The notes beneath the pieces are model-generated. The model saw nothing but the letters and a program-made list of their open reading frames with translations, was not told the DNA's origin and did no database searches. Shown here piece after piece: positions 54,932 to 64,000 of a stretch of DNA of 64,000 nt; positions within the stretch are counted from its first letter, which is position 1; each line of letters opens with the position of its first letter. The stretch is taken from positions 20,586,001-20,650,000 of the forward strand of contig CM075987.1 of assembly GCA_038087875.1 (NCBI GenBank), in the 5' to 3' direction. A program made the position numbers and the translations under genes. The DNA is from Malacoraja senta (Eukaryota).

Positions 54932-54937
54932 TTTATT
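54932..54937 (-). terminator. Candidate poly(A) signal AATAAA for PLPP7
   Basis: TTTATT on the plus strand ~520 nt downstream of the PLPP7 stop codon. Confidence 0.35.
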
Positions 54938-55460
54938 TATCCATTGTCACTGGGCGATAACACATCACGTTGACAGTAAGATATCCTCACTAAACCCAGC
55001 AGAGTGATGGCAAGCACAGCTAGATTTTGGACGTCAGTAACAGACGACAGCATCCTTCGTACATTTCTACCAGTTGAATGTTCCATCAGTTCCTATTCAA
55101 TAGACTGTGTCACCTTTCAGAATTGTTAAGAGTTTCATTCATGGTTTATAAGTTGCAGGTTATGTGATCTTGGCAGCCAACCCCCGCCCCCCACCCACAC
55201 CAACCAGCTAACCTTCATAACAAGCAAACCTTTTCCATTTTCAAATGCAATTATCAAAATTTCTATCGTCTAAAGAATCTAAAAGGCAAAATTGTCTTTT
55301 AATTTTTCCCCAAACTGCGTTAATCAATGACAGGCTGTATGAGGCATTACAAATTCTTGTTCCATGGTTTTGCCGGTGGGGGGTGTGTGTGTGTGTGTGC
55401 TCACCACCCCACGCCCATAGCCGCCTCTCTCCTGCTTCATCCCTGCAGCTCCTGTGGTGG

Positions 55461-55847
<387 letters not shown>

Positions 55848-58535
55848 TCACAGGGTCAACAACTTAATCAAACATTTTGACCAAACACATGAAAGGAAAC
55901 GCTTTACCTAGATGTTAAGTGTGTCATTATGTAGAAATATTAGCATCCTAATGGACTAAAGGCAAGAGATCTGTACGAGGAAGTTTGCTGTGTAGACGGT
56001 AAGATTTTATATTTTCATTTCAATGTACACCACATAATAAATATGCAGTTACAATGTCCATCTTTATTAAGGAGGCTCTCTTTATATAAAGCTTGAGTAT
56101 TTGGAGACGTAAGAAACTGAGATCTGGGATCTTGTGCAAAACACAAAGTACTGGAGGAACTCAGCAAGTCAGGCAGCATCTGTGAAGGGAATTTCTCCCC
56201 ATTTGTCCCACCATCTCCCACCCCCACCACAATCGCCTTACTGCTTTCCCCTCCTTTGTGCGCTCAACTCCCATCCTAGTCCCGCGTTTCCTTATCCTCC
56301 CTCTTTCCCCTCCCCATGTCTCCTTCCACCGTCTGGCTTTACTTTTCACTCCTCCTCTTCTCTCCTTATCTGACCACCTTTTTATTTACCTCCTTTTCAC
56401 CTCTAGCCTTTGTCACTTACTCCGCCCATCTGCCAATCAACCTCCCCCCTAATCTACATCTACCTATCACTTACCAGTCCACACCGCCCTTCCCCAGTTT
56501 GCTCTCCCCTAACCACAATCAGTCTGCAAAAGGGTCCCAACCCAAAATGTCCCCTATCTTTCTTCCACGCAAGGGAAGGGAACACACACATGCTCTTTGA
56601 CCCGCTGCAGCACTTTTTTTTGCTTAAGCTTGTGTATTTGTTTTGGTGGAGCTCTGAAAACTAATGTTTAATTGTTTAATCCTGGTGCGTTAAGCCCGAT
56701 TCATGGAACCATTTTGGTGTCATTTACTGGGTAAAAGTGACTCATGATTTTCATCTATCAAAGAGGAAACTGCATGAGGAAAGGAATAAAACAACATGTC
56801 ATTAACATTTCACGTAGAAAAGTACAGCACAGGAACAGGCCCTTCGGCCCTTAATGTCTGTGCCAAACATGATACCAAGCTAAAGTAAGCTAATTTGCCC
56901 TCCATACCCTCCTATCCAAGTGCCTATCTGAAAGCCTCTTAAATGCCATTATCAAATCTGCCTCCAGGCACCCACCACTCTCTGAGTAAAAAACATGACC
57001 CATACATCTCCTTTAAACTTTGAACCAAGTCCTTTGGTCTAGACACGAGCGTGCAATGAGCTAAACAAGACGTAAGGAGGTTTGTGTGGTGTATTTATCA
57101 TGTGACAAATGATTTCTGTCCTGGAAATTCAGTTTAGATAAAGATAGAATAGGGAGATTCCACAATCTACCACTGTCTGGCCAGCAGGCTGAGAACGGAG
57201 AGCTCTGCCTTTCACCACCTGATATGACGTGGCCCAGAATTTAACTTGTGGCAGACTGGGTTCTGGTGGAGATGGATGCAGCTTCTGAAGGCTAAATGTC
57301 GACAGGGTCCATTGACAACATGCTGGGCAGAACGTTGAGAAATATCCATGTGACCTTAGCCCTTAAATCACCAGCTTCACTGGGTCAGATTCTGGTGAAG
57401 TGACTCTTGCAGAAAGCCCACAAGCTATTTTCAGATAACTACTGCTCTATATGATTTAGGACTTGCCAAGTGGCGCGTCAACTTTCTAGCAATTACATTT
57501 CACCTATTTTTGGTTTCCTAAAAGAGCATTGTGCCAAATCAGATAACCAAATAAAACTCTAGAATTAGTCCCCAAAAAAACATTTGAACCAACTTAAGAG
57601 TGGTTCACACCCAGAAGGAAGTACAAAAACATGGGCTGCACACCATCTGTCAGGACCACATTTAATGCAGCTGCCTATTTGTTGGTCAGCAGTCAGAGAA
57701 TCCTTAAAGCCAATCCTTAAAGGCACACTCCGCAGGGGAGTACATGCAATATGACCACCGTGGGGAAGTGAGAGGGAGCAGAGGACAGGGAGAGAGCTCA
57801 AGGACTTTGCAAAGGACCTTGAAGTCCTTTCAAAGCGAGAGTAATAGCAGAAGTAAAATCCCATGCGCCAGGGGTGATGGGGGTGGGGAACAGTGTGCAA
57901 GAGCCCCAATTGGACAAAGAGGAGCTTGACACGAATGGCGGGAACGGTCTCCTCCACGAGGGCGAATATCCAGACACTGTTACAATGTCACATCAAATTT
58001 CATGATCTCACCAGATATATTAAAGTGAGCGCACTGACATACTGTGTAAAAAAAAACAAAGAGCTGAAGGAAGTCAAAGAGCCAGGCAGCATCTGCGGAG
58101 GGAATGGACAGGCGACGTTTCGGGTCACGATCTTTCATCAGATTGATTGGAGCAGACGGGGGGTGGAGGGGGAAGTCGGTAAAGAGAGGTGTGGGTGGGA
58201 CAAACCTGGCAAGTGATAGGTAGATACAGGGGGGGGGGATTTGGTGTCAGGTGAAAAGTCCATATGCAGTGATACTCAGTTAAGTTGTTCTCAATGGACA
58301 CCATTCCTTGGACAAGGGCTCCCTTATGTTTTCTGTATCGTGCAATCAACCAGTGAAACGATATTATTAGGAAAGAACAACCTCAATAGGACAGATCGGA
58401 ATTCCAAATGTTGGGATTGGGAACATTGACCTTCTGACAACAGTAAATGACTGCAATATGGTTGAATTCTGGCCACACACATTATGTTTTGGGATCTCCG
58501 ATCTAATAGCTCAGAAACCCACGTGGAAGGTTTAA

Positions 58536-58699
58536 TTTAGTTTAGTTTAGTTTATATACAGAGCGGAAACAGGCCTTTCAGTCCACTGAGTCCGTGCTGA
58601 CCAGCGACCCCTGCCACACTAACACTGTCCTACACACTAGGGACAATTTACCAATTATACCAAGCCTATTAACCTACAAACCTGTACGTCTTTGGAGTG
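58536..58699 (-). mobile_element. V-SINE 3' half
   Basis: (TTTAG)n tail and 3' body matching the other copies. Confidence 0.75.
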
Positions 58700-60885
58700 T
58701 CAAATGATTTTTGTGTATTTTGTGGAATTCCATAGTCTCACCATTCTCTAAGTAAATACTGTATATTGACACCTGGGCAAATTTCAAGATGCTTTCTGTG
58801 TTAACTCTTTCACCACAGCCTCCCAGTGATGGCAGAGGGATATTAACCAATACCAAACTCCTAAAAACAGTTGGAGACTTCTCCTCTGCAACCACCTGAC
58901 ACTCTATTTAGGTTCTATGTAAGTGGTTGGCACCTGTGCATCTGTACGTATCACCTGCCGTATTGCATTCCACAGTGATGACACTTCATAAATATATCAT
59001 TGGCTATAGGTCATTGCCCGAAGTGCTGAGCTTTGGAAGATGTTACGGAAAGTCAAACATCCTTTCTGTTTCTGTTGCTACTTGAGGGTTGCGGTTGCCT
59101 CTTTGTAGCACCTTCCCTTCGCCTCCCTCGCCCCTGACTTTTGTTTCATTTGGATTGTTGGATTTGCAAATGGGACTAGCTTAGATGGAACGCAGCTTGT
59201 TGACATGGTTAAGTTCGGCCGAAAAGCCCGATTCCATGCTGTGTGATTATACCAAGGGAGCTAAGGAATATAAGTGCAGTAAGGTAGGGTTCAGCTAAAA
59301 TATCAGATAAGGCCTGTTTGAATAATAGGGAGGAGGGGAGAACAGGTTTGAAGGGTTGAACAGCCTGCTCCTGATTCTATTTTTATGACCTTGAGTTCTT
59401 GTTTAAATTGGCACCAAATTCAATCTCTGACACCATCTTTCCCATCTCTCATCTTTTCTCATTGTGCTGAACTTTGCTTGAAAACAATTGTCAGCAAGCT
59501 AGTCAGTTCTTGAGTTTACTAAATGAATAAAGAATAAAGACAGGTCCAGATTCAATTGACATGGTATGGTATCCATTGTACTCTGGGGCCAGCATCTTTA
59601 CTGGACATGAACAGTATCAACATAAACAGAGTCAACACTACTTGAGACATGCAAATGAACATTGCCAGATTTCATCATTAATTTACAAAACGTGTCGTAT
59701 AAATCCCTCACTTACAATTTAAACATATTGATCTTTGAGCAATTGGTGAAACATTTTTTAAGTTCAGCTTTCTGGTAGACTGCTGCATTTACCTGGAATT
59801 GTGCAGCATGGCTGGATGTCAGCCATGTGCCATAGTTTCAGTACAGGCTGTTTAAGAGATCTATACAATCTCCCACTACAATCTTTTCCCCAAAGTCTTC
59901 CAAGTAATATCCAATTCCCTATTGAACGTTATTTGATCTGCTTCCACCACACTTTCAATGCATATTAGATCTGAACATCTAACGTTAAAATATGCTAATT
60001 TTTCCTCTTATTCTTTTATCACACTTTCTAAATTTGCGCCTTCTGACTACAAGATGGAGAACTTTGAACACCTCTACTAAAACCACCTTAACCTTCTTTG
60101 CACGTAGGAGAACGATAAAAGCCTCTCCAAACAACTTAAGTGCGTCATCCCTGGTCACATTCTAATAAATCTCCTCCGCATCAAGCCCATACCCTTGCCA
60201 TTCATCCTGAGGTGGATTGGCCAAGTTGGGACACAGTCCTCCAGCAGAGGCACAACTGATGATTTATAAAGGTTTAGCATGACTTACAGGGCGTGTGGAA
60301 TTTTGCTTCTGGCTGGCTTTTGATGCCAGAAATATTTTCCAAATAAAATGACTGGTAATTTTCACAGAACATACATTCCTTAGCTCAGATATTGGCAAAG
60401 ACATTACCAATCTTTCCCTTTCAGGCGTAGCAAATTTCCAGTATTTATTGAAGACATTTTGAGTGGAAACAGGCCGGAATCATTTCATTGATTGAATTGA
60501 AACTATTTGACAATATGATCAATGCCAATGCATCTCCCTCCTACTAACGCCATTAAGAAAAAAAGTTATTTTCCTCAGGATAATTTAAAATAATGGAATT
60601 TCTTATATTGATACACACATTTATTTTTCACAACAAAAGTGCTTTTGCTGGCATTTACTGTAAGTATTTCTGAAGTATTGCAACGCAAGAAAACATTGTA
60701 GCCAATTTGCAGACAACAATACCTCCCAAATGACAGGGAGATAAGTGACCAGTTAATCCATTTCAGTGTTACGTGAAATGGAAAAAAATATTGGCCGATC
60801 ACCAAATATCTAACCAATACTAAGGTGAGATTTGCTGGCTTTGCAGCTGCATTATATTTTTAATCATGTCTAAAATTTATTGCTG

Positions 60886-61014
60886 TAGGAAGGAACTGCA
60901 GATGCTGGTTTAAACCGAAGATAGACACAAAAAGCTGGAGTAACTCAGCGGGACAGGCAGCATCTCTGGAGAGAAGGAATGGGTGACGTTTCAGGTCGAA
61001 ATCCTTCTTCAGAC
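60886..61014 (-). mobile_element. Penelope-derived mini-element
   Basis: Same family; near-TSD AAAAT(T)TATTGCTG on both sides. Confidence 0.8.
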
Positions 61015-63055
61015 AAAATTATTGCTGATTCATTAGTATCAATACATTTGGTTTCCAACATTTACTTCAATTATAAGTCAAGAAAGGCCCCACAATAACA
61101 CTACCGATTAGTGCTTTTTTTGCGATGGTAGTACTGGCACTTCTGAAATGTCATTACTTCATTTACTGGCCTCGTGACATGAATGCTGATTAATTGTACA
61201 TACTGGCACCTTTTTGTGTACAAAAAAAACATCAGTTCTGATCATGAAGAATACATAACATTGAACACATTCTTCCCAAAGGGATTGCCACTGGGACATA
61301 CCGATCATACCTGGGTCTGTTGTCGACTAACGCGTAGAGATCGATTGAAAGATAAATGAAAAACTCCATTCTTATTTGTTATCATCACTGGCTCATGTGA
61401 CCACCCGGGACAGTGGGAAGTGGAGCTTAAATCCTTAAATTCGATTTTGTTTCAAGAAAGAGTTATGTAAGTATCTACTGCCCATTCTCAGTTTTTCTTG
61501 CAAAGTGATAAATCTCCAAAAAAAAAACTGTAGTTGCTGGACATCTGAAATAAAAACAGAAAAGGCCGGAAACACTCAGCGGGTCAGGCAGCATCTGTGG
61601 AAAGAGCAACAGTTAACATTTTAGATCGATGATCCTTTGTCAAACTGGGAAAGCTTAAAGTTGCAGAGAAGGTGGTGGTAGGGGTGGATAGGACAAAGGT
61701 ATTTTTTGAGATAGGTTGAGGCTTGGTTGTCATGGGGATGAGTTGCCTGGTCAACATGGTTAATGAGGGCAGTTCAAGGGTGATTATGTTCTCTGTCTGT
61801 GTTACGTGCGAATAGCATGGGCTATGAGGTAAATCCAGTTGTCAGATTATTCTGACGGAGAGAGAAAACTGAGCCAATATCATAGATGAATGACTACAAG
61901 CAGAAATGGCCAGTTCCAATGTAGAGAAAAAAAAAACAAGTTACCTGAAAGTGCAAAGTTCAATATTGATGCTGGAAGGCTGCAAGTGTCCAGAAGATGG
62001 GGCATTGTCCCTCAGGCAATAGTAACAGTGCATGAGGGTATGGAGTGATAGATCACAGTGGGTGTGAGGTGGATAATTAAAGTAGCAGGCGAAACGTGTA
62101 GGAAGGAACCGCAGATGCTGGTTGACACAGACGTTAGACACAGATTGCTGGTGTAACTCAGCGGGACAGGCAGCATCTCTGGATAGAAGGAATGTGTAAC
62201 GTTTCGGGTCGAGACCCTTCTTCAGACTGAGAGTCAAGGGAGAGGGAAACAAGGGTGTGAATGCGAGAGATCAAAGGAGACAAAGTTCAAGGAAAATGTG
62301 GAATAGATCATTGTTAACTAAGGGACAACGAGTCATACAATGTAACATTTAATCAGAGGACAGTCAGACTGGTTGGAGAACTAGGATGGGGGAGGGATGG
62401 AGTGAGAGTAGCAGGGTTGGGAAGACAGTCAGATTAGATGAAGTAGTTATTTTTTTAACTGGTCTAGACACAATAGGCAAAGCATATCCCTTCTATGTCG
62501 TAAAGTTTCCGTGACTCCATGTGGCTCAGTGTCAAGTATTTTCTAAACACGTTTCTGTGAAGTGTCTTGGAACTTTTAACTCTGCTAAAAGAGTTGTATA
62601 AATACAAGCTGTTGCTGCTGGAACAGGGAAATGTTTCAACATTCCTGATGAATTTAAAGCCTGCTCTACATATTTATTATCTACTCAATTAATAATTCAG
62701 TTTTATCAAATGCAATTCATTTATTTTATTAATTGACCTCCACTACACCATCGCCTGCATTGGCCGCATTCTATCATCTATGATTTGTACAGATCAATTC
62801 TTCATATTCCTGACACAGTGATCTTTATATTCAAAGGAGAAATTCCATTCCATGCTAATTCTATGCTAATGTATAGCAGTGAACCGATTTGTTTAAACTC
62901 ACCAACAGTGTGTGTGAGTGTGTGTTTTTGTGTAAATGAGAGTGAGAAAACAATACTGATAAATAGATGAAAACAAGTCTGACGGTGGTGGAAGGCAGTG
63001 ACAGGGCACAACAGACAATCATTTGTATGCATGTCTGTGTGAGAGAGTTATGTGT

Positions 63056-63179
63056 AGGAAGGAACTGCAGATGCTGGTTTAAACTGAATATACACACAAA
63101 AAGCTGGAGTAACTCAGCGGGACAGGCAGCATCTCTGGAGAAAAGGAATGGGTGACGTTTCGGGTCGAGACCCTTCTTC
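63056..63179 (-). mobile_element. Penelope-derived mini-element
   Basis: Reverse complement reads CTGAAGAAGGGTCTCGACCCGAAACGTCACC; TSD AGAGTTATGTGT. Confidence 0.82.
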
Positions 63180-63621
63180 AGAGTTATGTGTCGGTCAGTT
63201 TGGATCAGAATTGTGGGTATGTTTGTGTGTAACAGTTGTACAGGAGATCTTCTCCACTCTTGACCACATGTGGCCAATCCAAACTATGAATAGTGCAAAG
63301 CTAACGCATGACTACGATGTAGCTCTGATCCAGGTGATATGGTACTGCCACACATTTTGTGTTAGCTGGTTTTCTACGGGGAGATCATTTCATTGAATCC
63401 GTACCTATTCCCCCATTGAAGACGTGCGTGGCTATCAATCTCTCAAATCCATTTACTCTCAGTGTTCCCCTCTCCTTTTCTAACTTTTGGACAAGGGTCC
63501 AATTATCAGCACTCAAAATCTCTGTTTCGTCATTCTCAACAGAAACAGAAAATGCGGGAAGCACTCAACTGGTCGAGTAGTATCTGTGAAAAGAGAAACA
63601 GAGTTAATGTTTCAGTCAGAG

Positions 63622-63900
63622 TCACACACTGGAAATAGGCCTGTCAGCCCATCGGTTCCACCTGGACTATAAAGCACCTATTTACACCAATCCTATTTTA
63701 TTCTCTCCATGTTCCAATCACCTCCTCCAAGATTCTATCACCCCCTACACATAATGAGCAAGTAACAATGGGCAATTATCCCTCCCACCCAAACGTCTTT
63801 GGCATGAGAATGAAACCCATGTGCCACAGAGAGAACATGCAAACTCCACACAGACAGCGTTGTTATCAGGACTAATCCCTGGGTCTATGAGACAGCAGCT
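63622..63900 (-). mobile_element. Degenerate V-SINE
   Basis: AAACCCATGTGCCACAGAGAGAACATGCAAACTCCACACAGACAGC V-domain. Confidence 0.65.
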
Positions 63901-64000
63901 CGTCTCTGTCTTTGGATCAAGTTTTATTTTCATCCGACATTTTCAACCCAGCCCAAGCCTTAAACGGAATTCTGACCCAAGAGTGTTGCAAATTTTAATT

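Overview
Vertebrate nuclear DNA, most likely a cartilaginous fish (skate/ray-like; inferred from V-domain HE1-type SINEs, CR1 LINEs with TTCTATGT tails and abundant Penelope-like elements). The minus strand carries the 5' four-fifths or so of PRRC2B: a CpG-island first exon near 39.3 kb, ATG at 29027, and 21 phase-consistent GT-AG coding exons (~1800 codons) running off the left edge, with an intronic SNORD62 snoRNA at 1950-2035. Upstream on the same strand lies the last exon of PLPP7 (55461-55831), matching the human PLPP7-PRRC2B order. Most of the rest is mobile DNA: a near-intact Passport-like Tc1 transposon, a decayed Tc1 with a CR1 insertion, CR1 and Rex1 fragments, V-SINEs, Harbinger-type MITEs, an LTR with a tRNA-Leu PBS, a possible DIRS relic, and Penelope-like GIY-YIG elements plus about 20 short derivatives carrying a minimal hammerhead-ribozyme motif. 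The most notable observations are this ribozyme-bearing mini-element family, the almost intact Passport-like transposase, an overlapping uORF and a candidate extra cassette exon in PRRC2B, and a 50-bp exon-templated intronic insertion. No prokaryotic systems or CRISPR arrays are present. Family and gene assignments rest on recalled sequences, not database searches.
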